From NCBI RefSeq assembly GCF_003991155.1, contig NZ_CP031293.1: a stretch of DNA of 64,000 nucleotides. One strand, given 5' to 3'. The notes under the pieces were generated by a model. That model made no database searches, was not told the DNA's origin, and worked only from the letters and a program-made list of their open reading frames with translations. Origin of the DNA: Escherichia coli. GTDB taxonomy: Bacteria; Pseudomonadota; Gammaproteobacteria; Enterobacterales; Enterobacteriaceae. Within the stretch, counting starts at the first letter, position 1. The number at the start of each line of letters is the position of its first letter. Positions 21,744-33,647 of this stretch are shown here, piece by piece. Made by a program: the position numbers and the translations under genes.

Positions 21744-22439
21744 ATGGGGATTGTTATGACACAACAAGGGGATGCTGTAGCCGGGGAGCTGGCGACAGAA
21801 AAAGTGGGCATTAAAGGGTATCTGGCTTTTTTTCTCACCATAATCTTTTTTTCCGGTGTTTTTTCCGGAACAGACAGCTGGTGGCGCGTTTTTGATTTTT
21901 CCGTTCTGAACGGATCGTTTGGGCAACTGCCTGGTGCGAACGGAGCCACCACCTCATTTCGCGGGGCGGGTGGCGCGGGGGCTAAAGATGGCTTTCTCTT
22001 TGCGCTGGAGCTGGCACCGTCAGTCATTCTCTCTCTGGGGATTATTTCAATTACCGATGGTCTTGGTGGATTACGCGCCGCGCAGCAGTTAATGACACCT
22101 GTGCTAAAACCGTTGTTGGGCATTCCAGGGATCTGCTCGCTGGCGCTGATCGCTAACCTGCAAAACACGGATGCCGCCGCCGGTATGACCAAAGAGCTGG
22201 CGCAGGAAGGTGAAATTACCGAACGCGATAAAGTGATTTTCGCCGCATATCAAACCAGCGGTAGCGCCATCATCACCAACTACTTCTCTTCCGGCGTCGC
22301 GGTGTTTGCCTTTCTGGGCACGTCCGTAATCGTACCTTTAGCCGTCATCCTGGTGTTTAAATTTGTCGGAGCCAACATTTTGCGCGTCTGGCTTAACTTC
22401 GAAGAACGTCGCAACCCAACGCAAGGAGCGCAAGCATGA
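21744..22439 (+). CDS. yjiH: Nucleoside-recognition/SpmA-like membrane protein YjiH
   Basis: 231-aa membrane ORF; stop overlaps the yjiG start (ATGA). Confidence 0.75.
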   Translation: MGIVMTQQGDAVAGELATEKVGIKGYLAFFLTIIFFSGVFSGTDSWWRVFDFSVLNGSFGQLPGANGATTSFRGAGGAGAKDGFLFALELAPSVILSLGIISITDGLGGLRAAQQLMTPVLKPLLGIPGICSLALIANLQNTDAAAGMTKELAQEGEITERDKVIFAAYQTSGSAIITNYFSSGVAVFAFLGTSVIVPLAVILVFKFVGANILRVWLNFEERRNPTQGAQA

Positions 22440-22897
22440 CAACTCAGGTCCGCAAAAACGTCATGGATATGTTTATCGATGGCGCGCGCCGTGGCTTTAC
22501 TATCGCCACCACCAACCTGCTGCCAAACGTGGTGATGGCGTTTGTCATCATTCAGGCGCTGAAAATTACCGGCCTGCTCGACTGGGTGGGGCATATCTGT
22601 GAACCGGTAATGGCGCTGTGGGGATTACCCGGTGAAGCGGCAACCGTCCTTTTAGCCGCATTAATGAGTATGGGCGGCGCAGTCGGTGTTGCCGCCAGTC
22701 TGGCGACCGCTGGCGCATTAACCGGCCACGATGTCACCGTTTTACTGCCCGCGATGTATTTAATGGGCAACCCGGTGCAAAATGTCGGTCGCTGCCTGGG
22801 GACAGCCGAAGTGAATGCCAAATATTACCCGCATATCATTACGGTCTGCGTGATTAACGCATTGCTGTCGATCTGGGTTATGCAGCTTATTGTTTAA
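22436..22897 (+). CDS. yjiG: SpmB-like membrane protein YjiG
   Basis: 153-aa membrane ORF translationally coupled to yjiH. Confidence 0.8.
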   Translation: MTTQVRKNVMDMFIDGARRGFTIATTNLLPNVVMAFVIIQALKITGLLDWVGHICEPVMALWGLPGEAATVLLAALMSMGGAVGVAASLATAGALTGHDVTVLLPAMYLMGNPVQNVGRCLGTAEVNAKYYPHIITVCVINALLSIWVMQLIV

Positions 22898-22909
22898 CAA
22901 GGAGTTACC

Positions 22910-24082
22910 ATGATTGATTATACCGCAGCCGGTTTTACCCTGCTGCAGGGAGCGCATTTGTATGCGCCGGAAGATCGGGGAATTTGCGATGTCCTCGTCG
23001 CTAACGGCAAAATTATCGCCGTTGCCAGTAATATCCCTTCTGACATTGTACCGGACTGCACGGTTGTCGATCTCAGCGGGCAAATCCTCTGCCCAGGTTT
23101 TATTGATCAACACGTCCATTTGATTGGCGGTGGCGGCGAAGCAGGTCCCACGACGCGCACGCCGGAAGTGGCGCTAAGTCGCCTGACGGAAGCGGGCGTC
23201 ACGTCAGTGGTTGGTCTGCTGGGCACCGACTCTATCTCTCGCCACCCGGAATCCCTGCTCGCCAAGACCCGTGCGCTCAATGAAGAAGGCATCAGCGCCT
23301 GGATGCTGACCGGCGCTTATCATGTCCCTTCCCGCACTATTACGGGTTCCGTGGAAAAAGACGTGGCGATTATCGATCGCGTGATTGGTGTGAAATGCGC
23401 CATCTCTGATCACCGTTCTGCCGCACCGGACGTTTATCACCTGGCTAATATGGCGGCGGAATCCCGCGTTGGCGGTTTGCTCGGCGGCAAACCTGGCGTC
23501 ACCGTGTTCCACATGGGCGACAGTAAAAAGGCGTTACAGCCTGTCTATGACCTGCTGGAAAACTGCGATGTGCCGATCAGCAAGCTGCTGCCGACCCACG
23601 TTAACCGCAACGTTCCGTTGTTTGAGCAGGCGCTGGAGTTCGCGCGCAAAGGCGGCACCATCGACATCACCAGCAGCATTGACGAACCGGTCGCCCCTGC
23701 CGAAGGTATTGCCCGCGCCGTTCAGGCGGGTATTCCGCTGGCACGCGTCACCCTCAGCTCCGACGGCAACGGTAGCCAGCCGTTCTTCGATGACGAAGGG
23801 AATTTAACCCATATCGGTGTTGCCGGTTTTGAAACGTTGCTGGAAACCGTGCAGGTGCTGGTCAAAGACTATGATTTCAGTATCAGCGATGCCCTGCGCC
23901 CGCTCACCAGTAGCGTAGCCGGTTTCCTTAACCTGAGCGGGAAAGGCGAAATTCTGCCAGGCAATGACGCAGACTTACTGGTCATGACGCCAGAATTGCG
24001 CATTGAGCAGGTATACGCTCGCGGCAAACTGATGGTCAAAGACGGCAAAGCCTGCGTGAAAGGAACGTTTGAAACGGCTTAA
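22910..24082 (+). CDS. iadA: Isoaspartyl dipeptidase
   Basis: 390 aa; amidohydrolase metal-binding motifs (FIDQHVHLIGGGGE...). Confidence 0.85.
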   Translation: MIDYTAAGFTLLQGAHLYAPEDRGICDVLVANGKIIAVASNIPSDIVPDCTVVDLSGQILCPGFIDQHVHLIGGGGEAGPTTRTPEVALSRLTEAGVTSVVGLLGTDSISRHPESLLAKTRALNEEGISAWMLTGAYHVPSRTITGSVEKDVAIIDRVIGVKCAISDHRSAAPDVYHLANMAAESRVGGLLGGKPGVTVFHMGDSKKALQPVYDLLENCDVPISKLLPTHVNRNVPLFEQALEFARKGGTIDITSSIDEPVAPAEGIARAVQAGIPLARVTLSSDGNGSQPFFDDEGNLTHIGVAGFETLLETVQVLVKDYDFSISDALRPLTSSVAGFLNLSGKGEILPGNDADLLVMTPELRIEQVYARGKLMVKDGKACVKGTFETA

Positions 24083-24146
24083 ACGGTTGTCAGCCGCCCG
24101 AATGGACGTAGAATGCCCGCAAGGGCGGCTGACAGAGTAAAACGTA

Positions 24147-25058
24147 ATGGATGGCTGTGGTGCGGTTTTGCATAATATTGAAACAAAATGGCTTTATGAT
24201 TTTCTGACCCTGGAAAAATGCCGCAACTTTTCCCAGGCGGCAGTCAGTCGCAACGTCTCGCAACCGGCATTCAGCCGCCGCATCCGTGCACTGGAACAGG
24301 CGATTGGCGTTGAATTGTTTAACCGCCAGGTGACGCCGCTGCAACTCTCGGAACAAGGGAAAATCTTTCATTCGCAGATCCGCCATCTGTTGCAACAGTT
24401 AGAAAGCAATCTGGCAGAGCTGCGTGGCGGCAGCGATTACGCGCAACGTAAAATCAAGATAGCCGCTGCACACTCTCTTTCCCTCGGTCTGTTACCGTCC
24501 ATTATCAGCCAGATGCCGCCGCTCTTTACCTGGGCGATTGAAGCCATTGATGTCGATGAAGCGGTCGATAAACTGCGTGAAGGGCAAAGTGACTGTATTT
24601 TTTCCTTTCACGACGAAGATTTGCTGGAAGCACCATTTGACCACATTCGCTTATTTGAATCTCAATTGTTCCCCGTCTGCGCCAGTGACGAACACGGAGA
24701 AGCACTTTTTAACCTCGCGCAGCCACACTTTCCGTTACTGAATTACAGCCGCAACTCCTACATGGGGCGATTGATTAATCGCACCCTGACGCGCCACAGT
24801 GAGTTAAGTTTCAGCACCTTTTTTGTCTCTTCGATGAGCGAGCTTTTAAAGCAGGTTGCCCTCGACGGCTGTGGAATTGCCTGGTTGCCGGAGTATGCCA
24901 TCCAACAAGAAATTCGCAGCGGGAAGCTCGTTGTGCTTAATCGGGACGAACTAGTGATCCCGATTCAGGCTTACGCATACAGGATGAACACCCGTATGAA
25001 TCCCGTTGCCGAACGCTTCTGGCGTGAACTGCGCGAGCTGGAGATTGTGCTTAGCTGA
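24147..25058 (+). CDS. hypT: LysR-family regulator HypT (YjiE)
   Basis: 303 aa with N-terminal LysR HTH ([29 protein letters not shown]). Confidence 0.8.
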   Translation: MDGCGAVLHNIETKWLYDFLTLEKCRNFSQAAVSRNVSQPAFSRRIRALEQAIGVELFNRQVTPLQLSEQGKIFHSQIRHLLQQLESNLAELRGGSDYAQRKIKIAAAHSLSLGLLPSIISQMPPLFTWAIEAIDVDEAVDKLREGQSDCIFSFHDEDLLEAPFDHIRLFESQLFPVCASDEHGEALFNLAQPHFPLLNYSRNSYMGRLINRTLTRHSELSFSTFFVSSMSELLKQVALDGCGIAWLPEYAIQQEIRSGKLVVLNRDELVIPIQAYAYRMNTRMNPVAERFWRELRELEIVLS

Positions 25059-25443
25059 CATTCTCCAGCGTCGCACTACGCCAACCGCCATTATCCCAGA
25101 CCAGATCAAACGTTAGCGGTTCATCGTCGTGGTACAGCATTATCTCAAGGCAGATCGCCAGCGTGTGGCAGTACGCTTCTTTCAAATTGACCTGCAACGC
25201 CGCAATCCGTGGCTCATGAAATAACAGTGCAGAACGCAGCTGACGGCAATACCAGCCCTGAAGATGTTTGTCGCTCTGGTTATGCAGTTGCCACTCGGGC
25301 ATGCCTGAAACAAGTAATGACGGTAATGCCGAATGAGGAGAATTAAAAAGTGTGAGGAGATCGCTGCATACCGATTTACGCAGCGATGACGTTTTATTGC
25401 CTGAAATTTCAGGTAAAACAGCCTGAAGTGATTGGCGCATCAT
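25051..25443 (-). CDS. iraD: Anti-adapter protein IraD
   Basis: 130 aa [19 protein letters not shown]...; 3' end overlaps the hypT stop (convergent). Confidence 0.75.
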   Translation of the reverse strand: MMRQSLQAVLPEISGNKTSSLRKSVCSDLLTLFNSPHSALPSLLVSGMPEWQLHNQSDKHLQGWYCRQLRSALLFHEPRIAALQVNLKEAYCHTLAICLEIMLYHDDEPLTFDLVWDNGGWRSATLENVS

Positions 25444-26115
25444 TTTGCGCACTCCTGACGTTTAGCAACATATGCGGCTTGCCCTGAACACCGGGCACCA
25501 CTGTATTGATGCTCATTTTCCATAGCCATTCCCTTTTGTTCATTACATCCATGTCAGTCTGAGACAGGCCTGAATCCTGTCAGCAAAGTATAAAACCTTA
25601 CTTGCCTATGAATATCTACTGACTTTTCAGGAAAAAAGTCATGATTTGATAAAAATCATCAAACTCAAAAAAAAACTGCTAGTATATTCTGAATATTCCG
25701 AATAGTTATGTAGATGAAAATACTTGTCACCGCCGCTACTTAATTCCGGTGGGAAATTATTTATTTCCGCATAATCAGCCATGTATTATTTGAAACAATT
25801 AGTTTGTAAATAATATAAATTGATAACATATCAAATACATCAAAAATACCATTCACAGGCATTATTAATATAGACATCAATATAGCAACATCAAATTCCA
25901 ATTAGTAATAAGATATGCTTTTTAATTGCATGAAAATAATTTCAAATGAGCGTTTTTTGATACTTTAGAGTGTTTCCTACCCTTTAATATCACCGTGTAG
26001 AGTTGATATCACTACAACAGAAACATGCATGTCATTTGTTTACTTCTCTTTTTACTACAGAAAAATTTATCTATTTTTCTAAACATCAGTGAAATACTCC
26101 TAAAAGGTAACTATT

Positions 26116-26946
26116 ATGTCTATGCCATTAAGCAATGCCCTTCAGAGCCAAATTATTACAGATAATCACTTCCTTCATCATCCAAAAGTCGACAGTGAGT
26201 TAACACGTCGATATGAATATGCACGCCTGGATACGGAAAATATCTATCTTCTGCCTCTTGCTCGTGGCAATAACCATAATTACGATGGAAAAAGCGTTGT
26301 CGAAATTAGAAAACTTGATATTAGTAAAGAGCCCTGGCCATTTAATTATGTGACAGAAACATGCAGAGAATCCGATGGTATTACAACAACAGGACGTATG
26401 CTCTATCGAAACTTGAAAATCACCACAGTTTTAGACGAAATATATGGTGGTATATGTAAAAAGGCGCATGCTGCCACAGAGTTAGCAGAAGGATTAAGGC
26501 TAAATTTATTTATGAAGAGCCCTTCCTATCCTGTTGAGGACTATACAGTTCATGAAATAACATTAGGCCCTGGTTGCAATGTTCCAGGTTACGCCGGAAC
26601 CACGATAGGATATATTTCAACCCTTCCAGCTTCTCAGGCAAAAAGATGGACCAATGAGCAGCCAAGGATTGATATCTATATTGATCAGATAATGACGGTA
26701 ACAGGGGTAGCAAATTCTTCCGGATTCGCCCTTGCCGCATTACTTAATGCTAATATTGAGTTGGGTAATGACCCAATAATTGGTATAGAAGCCTATCCCG
26801 GTACCGCGGAGATCCATGCAAAAATGGGATATAAAGTTATCCCGGGTGATGAAAATGCACCACTCAAACGTATGACTCTGCAACCGTCATCTCTTCCAGA
26901 ACTGTTTGAATTAAAAAATGGTGAATGGAATTATATTGGTAAATAA
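26116..26946 (+). CDS. yjiC: Uncharacterised protein YjiC
   Basis: 276-aa ORF downstream of a ~650 bp AT-rich intergenic region; position and size match yjiC. Confidence 0.6.
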   Translation: MSMPLSNALQSQIITDNHFLHHPKVDSELTRRYEYARLDTENIYLLPLARGNNHNYDGKSVVEIRKLDISKEPWPFNYVTETCRESDGITTTGRMLYRNLKITTVLDEIYGGICKKAHAATELAEGLRLNLFMKSPSYPVEDYTVHEITLGPGCNVPGYAGTTIGYISTLPASQAKRWTNEQPRIDIYIDQIMTVTGVANSSGFALAALLNANIELGNDPIIGIEAYPGTAEIHAKMGYKVIPGDENAPLKRMTLQPSSLPELFELKNGEWNYIGK

Positions 26947-27086
26947 CTACCAGGAACAATGAGTACTAATATTCAGGTTATACAGATATTTAAACAATAC
27001 CCTGCAATTTACAAAGTAATACTCATTGCGACTTCTTAATTTAAGAAAGCGCAAGAAACGTTTACCCTTGCGCTTATCATAATAAG

Positions 27087-27860
27087 TCAGGCGTCGACTT
27101 TATCCAGCGGCCATGAATCAAACAGATAGCCATCAAAATAAATATCGTCAACGTTCGAGAATTCCAGCAGACGTTGCTTAACGTTTTCCAGATGCTGCCA
27201 CATTGCCAGCTTCGCCGCTCGGGCATCTTTTTTGATTAACGCGGCGAGGATCTGTTTGTGATCGCCCAACCACTCTTTGCGATACAGGCTGTCATCCAGA
27301 TGGCTGTGCAACTGGATCCACATTGGATTGTTTTCCCGCCACTGCCAGGACTGACGGAACAGCTCCACCAGCATGCTGTTATGCGTTGCTTCGGCAATAG
27401 CGAGATGGAACTGCATGTCACCGCTTTCGCTGCTGCCCGGCGCACTGGAAGCCAGTTCACGCTCTTCCAGTTGCAATGCCTGACGCATTTTGACGATATC
27501 TTCGCGGGTAGCCTGCAAAGCGGCAAACTCGGCGATGTTGCTCTCCAATAACTGCCGCGCCTGTAACAGCTCAAAAGGACCGGCATCGTTGCAGACGTTG
27601 GCATCCGGACTGTCTGTGTTCTGGCTGCCTGAGTTATCAAGAACATAGATACCGGCACCCCGGCGTACTTCCACCAGCCCTTTGATCTCCAGCATGATCA
27701 GCGCTTCACGTACCACCGTCCGCGTGACATCAAGCATTTCTGCAATTTCACGCTCCGGCGGCAGCCGTTCGCCAGGATTGTACGGCGTCTTTATGATCAG
27801 ATCGCGGATCATCGCCCCGACTTCCTGGTAAGGTCTTTGCGCAGAGGTGGCAGATTTCAT
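27087..27860 (-). CDS. uxuR: GntR/FadR-family repressor of the uxu regulon
   Basis: 257 aa with GntR HTH (ERLPPEREIAEMLDVTRTVVREAL). Confidence 0.85.
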   Translation of the reverse strand: MKSATSAQRPYQEVGAMIRDLIIKTPYNPGERLPPEREIAEMLDVTRTVVREALIMLEIKGLVEVRRGAGIYVLDNSGSQNTDSPDANVCNDAGPFELLQARQLLESNIAEFAALQATREDIVKMRQALQLEERELASSAPGSSESGDMQFHLAIAEATHNSMLVELFRQSWQWRENNPMWIQLHSHLDDSLYRKEWLGDHKQILAALIKKDARAAKLAMWQHLENVKQRLLEFSNVDDIYFDGYLFDSWPLDKVDA

Positions 27861-27897
27861 GGTGTTGTGTCCGTTAGGTGCGGTTAATCAAATTTTT

Positions 27898-27931
27898 GCC
27901 GGATGCGGCGTGAACGCCTTATCCGGCCTAC
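27898..27931. repeat. REP element
   Basis: GCCGGATGCGGCGTGAACGCCTTATCCGGCCTAC, the canonical E. coli REP sequence, between uxuR and uxuB. Confidence 0.75.
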
Positions 27932-28074
27932 AACGGGCAATTTTACGGCCCCCGTTAATCTCAAACTATACCATTAGCACTGGAAGTTGGCACGTACAGG
28001 TGGGCAAAAAAACGAAAACTGGTCAACCAAATATCAGTTTGATTGACCAGTAAGTCTGTAGGGTAATCAGTTAG

Positions 28075-29535
28075 TTACAGCGCAGCCACACACTCGCGCG
28101 CACCGCGTTCGCACAGCTGCTGATATGCCGCCGTCACTGCGCCAACAAAGTCGGCATTCTGCGGCAGATCATCGGCAAAAATACCGCTCAGGCCCAGCAG
28201 CGCTTTCACGCGGTCTGCGCCCTGATACTGCGCGTTGATCTTCTGGAACTCCGCCAGCATCGGGTCGACCACGTCAATGGCATTACCCTGCTCATCCACG
28301 CCCTGGGTGTAACGCATCCAGCCAGCCACGCCCAGCGCCAGGTGACGCCAGCTGCCGCCGTTTTGCAGGTGCAGACGCACCGGGTCCAGCAGACGCTGCG
28401 GTAACTTCTGGCTGCCGTCCATCGCAATCTGCCAGGTACGGTGACGCAGAGACGGGTTGCTGAAACGCTCGATCAGCAGCGTCGCATAGGCGTTCAGGTC
28501 TGTACCTTCCGGCATCGACAGCGTTGGCGCTTGTTCCTGCATCATCAGGGCAAAGGCCGCTTTGCGATAATCCGGGTTAGTCATGGTGTCGGCAATGGTT
28601 TCATAGCCACCGAGGTAACCGAGGTACGCCAGGAAAGAGTGGCTGCCGTTCAGCATACGCAGCTTCATCATTTCGAACGGTACAACGTCTGCAACGAACT
28701 GTGCGCCCACTTTATCCCAGTCCGGACGACCATTAACGAAGTTATCTTCAATCACCCACTGACGGAACGGTTCGCAGGCAATGGCGCACGGGTCGTAAAC
28801 ACCCAGCTGGTCAGCAATTTCCTGTAAGGTTTCTGGCGTCGCCGCCGGAACGATGCGGTCAACCATGGTGCACGGGAAGGTGACGTTCTCTTCAATCCAT
28901 GCCGCCAGCTGTGGATCACGCGCCTGAGCCAGCCCCAGAACCGCGACCTTCGCCACATGACCGTTTTCACGTACGTTGTCGCAGGACATCACCGTAAACG
29001 CTTTCAGCCCTTTTTCACGACGCAGACGCAGGGCTTCTACGATGTAACCAATCGCGGACTTCGGCGCAGTCGGGTTTTCCAGATCGTGCTTAATCAGCGG
29101 ATTATTGAGATCCAGCTGACCGCTTGCCGCATCGGCGCAATAACCTTTCTCTGTGACCGTCAGGGAGACAATCGCCGTCTGCGGACGCGCCATCGCGTTG
29201 AGAATACCTTCACAACCGTCGATTTCCGGGTGCAGGGCTTCTTTCATCGAACCGATAATTTTCAGCTCGGTGCTTTCTGCGCCTTTTTCCGCCACGGTGT
29301 ACAGCAGTTGCTGTTTTTTCAGGTTTTCGATCAGCACGCGGTCGTTACCTGGCATCAGGTTAACTTCGCAGATACCCCAGTCGCTGTCGGTACTTTCCAG
29401 CAGATGATGGGTATACAGCGCCTGGTGCGCGCGGTGAAACGCTCCGCAACCGAGATGCACAATGCGTGATTCCAGACGAGAATGATCCCATGACGGGCGG
29501 GCAACCGGCAGATTGCTGTCAACAATAGTAGTCAT
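28075..29535 (-). CDS. uxuB: D-mannonate oxidoreductase
   Basis: 486 aa with Rossmann motif near N-terminus (IVHLGCGAFHRAHQ). Confidence 0.9.
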   Translation of the reverse strand: MTTIVDSNLPVARPSWDHSRLESRIVHLGCGAFHRAHQALYTHHLLESTDSDWGICEVNLMPGNDRVLIENLKKQQLLYTVAEKGAESTELKIIGSMKEALHPEIDGCEGILNAMARPQTAIVSLTVTEKGYCADAASGQLDLNNPLIKHDLENPTAPKSAIGYIVEALRLRREKGLKAFTVMSCDNVRENGHVAKVAVLGLAQARDPQLAAWIEENVTFPCTMVDRIVPAATPETLQEIADQLGVYDPCAIACEPFRQWVIEDNFVNGRPDWDKVGAQFVADVVPFEMMKLRMLNGSHSFLAYLGYLGGYETIADTMTNPDYRKAAFALMMQEQAPTLSMPEGTDLNAYATLLIERFSNPSLRHRTWQIAMDGSQKLPQRLLDPVRLHLQNGGSWRHLALGVAGWMRYTQGVDEQGNAIDVVDPMLAEFQKINAQYQGADRVKALLGLSGIFADDLPQNADFVGAVTAAYQQLCERGARECVAAL

Positions 29536-29615
29536 CGTAAACTCCAGAATCCGTCTTCAGAGAGTGACGGCAAGGAAGAAGGAACCGGCACGGCGCGCAG
29601 CCATGCCGGTGGATA

Positions 29616-30800
29616 TTAACGGCTAAAGAAAGCGCGCTGGATCGCCAGTTCGACACCGCGAACTTCGGCCAGGCCTTTCAGACGACCAATTGCGGAGTAA
29701 CCTGGGTTGGTTTTCTTCTTCAGGTCGTCCAGCATCTGATGACCGTGGTCCGGACGCATCGGGATCAGGTCTTCTTTGCCTTCCGCTTTACGACGGTGTT
29801 CTTCTTCAACAATCGCTTTCACCACTTCGTACATATCAACGTCACCGTTCAGGTGCGCCGCTTCGTGGAAGGTTTTCGGGTTATCTTCACGCATGGTGGA
29901 ACGCAGATGGGTGAAGTAAATACGCGGACCGAACTGCTTGATCATATCAACCAGATCGTTGTCAGCACGCACGCCGTAGGAACCGGTGCACATGGTGAAA
30001 CCGTTCGCCATGCTGTTTACGGTATCAACCATCCACTGCATATCTTCAATGGTGGAAACAATGCGCGGCAGGCCGAGGATTGGGCGCGGCGGATCGTCCG
30101 GGTGAACAGCCATACGGACGCCAACTTCTTCCGCAACTGGAATGATCGCCTTCAGGAAGACCGCAAAGTTTTCGCGCAGTTTGGCTTTGTCGATATCTTT
30201 GTACAGCTCCAGGTGCTTACGGAACTGGTCGAGGGTGTACCCTTCTTCCGCGCCCGGCAGACCGGCAATGATGTTACGGGTCAGACGCGCTTTGTCTTCG
30301 TCGCTCATAGTGGCGAAGCGTTCAGCTGCCTGAGCAATTTCTTCTTCGGTGTAATCCGCTTCCGCACCTGGGCGTTTCAGGATATGCATTTCGAATGCAG
30401 CGAATTCGATCTGGTCGAAGCGCAGAGCTTTGGAGCCGTCTGGCAGCACGTATTCGAGGTCAGTACGGGTCCAGTCGAGCACCGGCATGAAGTTGTAGCA
30501 CACGGTGCGAATGCCGCACTGCGCCAGGTTGCGCAGGGTCTGCTGATAGTTAGCAATCCACTGCTCATAGTTGCCAGTGTGGGTTTTGATATCTTCGTGA
30601 ATTGGTACGCTTTCAACGACAGACCACACCAGGCCTGCGTCTTCAACGATCGCCTTGCGTTTGAGGATCTCTTCTACGGACCATACTTCGCCGTTCGGGA
30701 TATGGTGCAGCGCGGTAACCACGCCAGTTGCGCCCGCCTGACGGACATCAGCTAAAGAAACCGGATCGTTTGGGCCGTACCAGCGCCAGGTCTGTTCCAT
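29616..30800 (-). CDS. uxuA: D-mannonate dehydratase
   Basis: 394 aa from ATG 30800 ([16 protein letters not shown]...). Confidence 0.9.
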
Positions 30801-30961
30801 GATTTTTCCTCTTTCACATAGTGGGTTCCACAGCAAAGAGACGTGGAGCCCCGGAGTTGTTTAGGTATCCGGATGAACAACCAGACCGCAGCCGTGGCGT
30901 TGCATCGGATGAGATGGCGTATAAGTTCTACCTTTTGGTAAGACATGTCAACCCGAATTCT

Positions 30962-30979
30962 AAAATTGGTTAACCACAT
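30962..30979. promoter_or_regulatory. Putative UxuR/ExuR operator (palindrome TGGTTAACCA) in the uxuA-gntP divergent region
   Basis: AAATTGGTTAACCACAT; perfect 10-bp palindrome of the GntR/FadR-type operator shape, ~165 bp upstream of uxuA. Confidence 0.4.
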
Positions 30980-31139
30980 CACAAGAATTTCACTCTCATG
31001 GTTGTTGCTGCAAATTGCATCAAAGGGTAATCGATGGTTATTGATCAGAGGATGTGACATTCATCGCAACAATGGTTGACCAATTTACATAACATGTCGC
31101 CCAAAATAACAACGGTTCAACCAGGTAAGGTAAAACGTT

Positions 31140-32483
31140 ATGCATGTGCTTAACATTCTCTGGGTGGTATTCGGCATTGGTCTGATGCTGGTACTGAATT
31201 TGAAGTTCAAAATCAATTCAATGGTGGCTTTGTTGGTGGCGGCGCTGTCCGTCGGGATGCTGGCGGGCATGGATTTGATGTCGCTGCTGCACACCATGAA
31301 AGCGGGCTTCGGCAACACGCTGGGGGAACTGGCTATCATCGTGGTGTTCGGTGCGGTCATCGGTAAATTGATGGTCGACTCCGGCGCGGCTCACCAGATA
31401 GCACATACGCTGCTGGCGCGTCTCGGTCTGCGCTATGTACAGCTGTCGGTGATTATCATCGGCCTGATTTTCGGTCTGGCGATGTTTTATGAAGTGGCCT
31501 TTATCATGTTAGCGCCGCTGGTTATTGTTATTGCCGCCGAAGCTAAAATTCCGTTCCTGAAACTGGCGATCCCGGCAGTAGCAGCTGCCACTACCGCACA
31601 TTCACTGTTCCCACCGCAGCCGGGTCCGGTGGCGCTGGTGAATGCTTATGGCGCGGATATGGGGATGGTTTATATCTATGGCGTACTGGTGACGATCCCA
31701 AGTGTAATCTGCGCAGGTCTGATCCTGCCGAAGTTCCTCGGCAATCTTGAGCGCCCAACGCCATCATTCCTGAAAGCAGATCAACCGGTAGATATGAATA
31801 ATCTGCCCTCTTTCGGCGTTTCGATTCTGGTGCCGCTGATCCCGGCGATCATTATGATCTCCACCACCATCGCCAATATCTGGCTGGTAAAAGATACCCC
31901 TGCCTGGGAAGTGGTTAACTTTATCGGTTCCTCGCCGATTGCAATGTTTATTGCGATGGTGGTTGCATTCGTACTCTTTGGCACCGCGCGTGGTCATGAC
32001 ATGCAGTGGGTGATGAACGCTTTTGAAAGCGCGGTGAAGAGTATTGCAATGGTGATTCTGATCATCGGTGCGGGTGGCGTGCTGAAGCAGACCATCATCG
32101 ACACCGGCATTGGCGACACCATCGGCATGTTGATGTCCCACGGCAATATCTCGCCCTACATCATGGCATGGCTGATCACTGTGCTAATTCGTCTGGCGAC
32201 GGGTCAGGGTGTCGTTTCGGCGATGACCGCCGCCGGGATTATCAGTGCTGCAATCCTTGATCCAGCAACCGGTCAGCTGGTTGGCGTGAATCCGGCGCTG
32301 CTGGTGCTGGCGACGGCTGCGGGTTCCAACACCCTCACCCACATTAATGATGCCTCATTCTGGCTGTTCAAAGGTTACTTTGACCTGTCGGTAAAAGACA
32401 CGTTGAAAACCTGGGGACTGCTGGAGCTGGTCAACTCCGTGGTTGGGCTGATTATTGTGTTGATTATTAGCATGGTAGCGTAA
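31140..32483 (+). CDS. gntP: Gluconate/fructuronate permease (GntP family)
   Basis: 447-aa polytopic membrane ORF. Confidence 0.9.
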
Positions 32484-32544
32484 AAGAACACCGGAGCCTG
32501 CCAATGGCAGGCTCTGACTGATGACAAAGTCTAAAAATGTGCCC

Positions 32545-32655
32545 GGCCAGTCCCCTCGCCCCTCCGGGGAGAGGGTTAGGGTGAGGGGAACAGACCAGCA
32601 AAGTGCGCTTTGTTTATGCCAGATGCGACGCTGACGCGTCTTATCTGGCCTACAA
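32545..32655. repeat. GC-rich palindromic repeat cluster (REP/BIME-like)
   Basis: CCCCTCGCCCCTCCGGGGAGAGGGTTAGGGTGAGGGGA followed by a REP-type unit TGCCAGATGCGACGCTGACGCGTCTTATCTGGCCTAC. Confidence 0.55.
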
Positions 32656-32725
32656 AGGGCTAACGTGCAGGTTTTTAGCTTCAGGTAATATTGCGTACCA
32701 GCATTAGCAATGTCCTGTGATTTCT

Positions 32726-33628
32726 TTATTGATAAACAAAAGTCACGCCAATAATCGATTGCACATTCCCTGCAGTCACCTGCCCTCCGGTACGTGCGTA
32801 ATTTGCCGTTAATCCCAGACTTACCGCCGAAGTCCCTACTGCTCCTAACGATACCGTGTTATTCGCTGGAATAATCGTACCGTTGCGCGTCAACTGTACG
32901 CCGACGCCCTGCGCGGGTGAAAACGAGGCGGTATTGGTGAAAATCGAGTTGCCCGCATCTGCGGTTGTGCCGGAGAGGTAATACCCCAGGTTTTGGCTTT
33001 TCGCACAATAAACGGTAAGAGGAATCGGCACTGAACCAGGGTAGTCCGGCAGAGTAACGGTGACATCACGAGCAGAAACATCGCAGCCGCCAGTGGGCAC
33101 CACCACATCATTATTGGCGTAAATATTCCACACAAACTGAAAATCATCGCTGTTATAGTTGTTGGTCTGTCGCAAAATAAGCACGGCCATTAATGAACCA
33201 GCTTTAATCGCCACCCCGCCAGCACTGCTCACAGGCGTCAAATAAAGCGCCACCGGCCACGGCTTATCCGTTCTCGAATTATAAACAACGCGCGGCGTTT
33301 CACTGGTGGTAGGAAATGGATAGCTACTACCACTATATTTTACGGTCCCGGAAAAATTAGATAACACGCCGCCATAAGCCGAGCCTCGTTGCAGTGTGAC
33401 ATAGTCTGTAATGGTTTCCGGATAATCGTTATGGCAAAAGATTTGCGTCGAAAGATCTACGACCAGGTTTTGCCCCACATTCACGGCAGGCGCAAGGTTT
33501 ACATAAACATTGGCGCTGCCACCGCCAATAGGGATAGCTGTACCATTGGCGGTTTTACAGGCGAATGACCAGGCATTTACCGACCAGCCCATCAGCAGTA
33601 CAGCAAACAGGGTAATAACTCGTTTCAT
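32726..33628 (-). CDS. fimH: Type 1 fimbrial mannose-specific adhesin
   Basis: 300 aa from ATG 33628 (MKRVITLFAVLLMGWSVNAWSFACKTANGTAIPIGGGSANVYVNLAP...). Confidence 0.9.
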   Translation of the reverse strand: MKRVITLFAVLLMGWSVNAWSFACKTANGTAIPIGGGSANVYVNLAPAVNVGQNLVVDLSTQIFCHNDYPETITDYVTLQRGSAYGGVLSNFSGTVKYSGSSYPFPTTSETPRVVYNSRTDKPWPVALYLTPVSSAGGVAIKAGSLMAVLILRQTNNYNSDDFQFVWNIYANNDVVVPTGGCDVSARDVTVTLPDYPGSVPIPLTVYCAKSQNLGYYLSGTTADAGNSIFTNTASFSPAQGVGVQLTRNGTIIPANNTVSLGAVGTSAVSLGLTANYARTGGQVTAGNVQSIIGVTFVYQ

Positions 33629-33647
33629 TACAATCATCTCTTCGGGT

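Noticed and set aside
29739-30755. 338-aa plus-strand ORF antisense to uxuA
   Set aside because: Fully nested opposite a well-supported gene; no recognisable domains or RBS.
32494-32514. Hairpin immediately after gntP
   Set aside because: 9-bp stem but no following T-tract; the adjacent REP cluster more plausibly supplies 3' end stabilisation.
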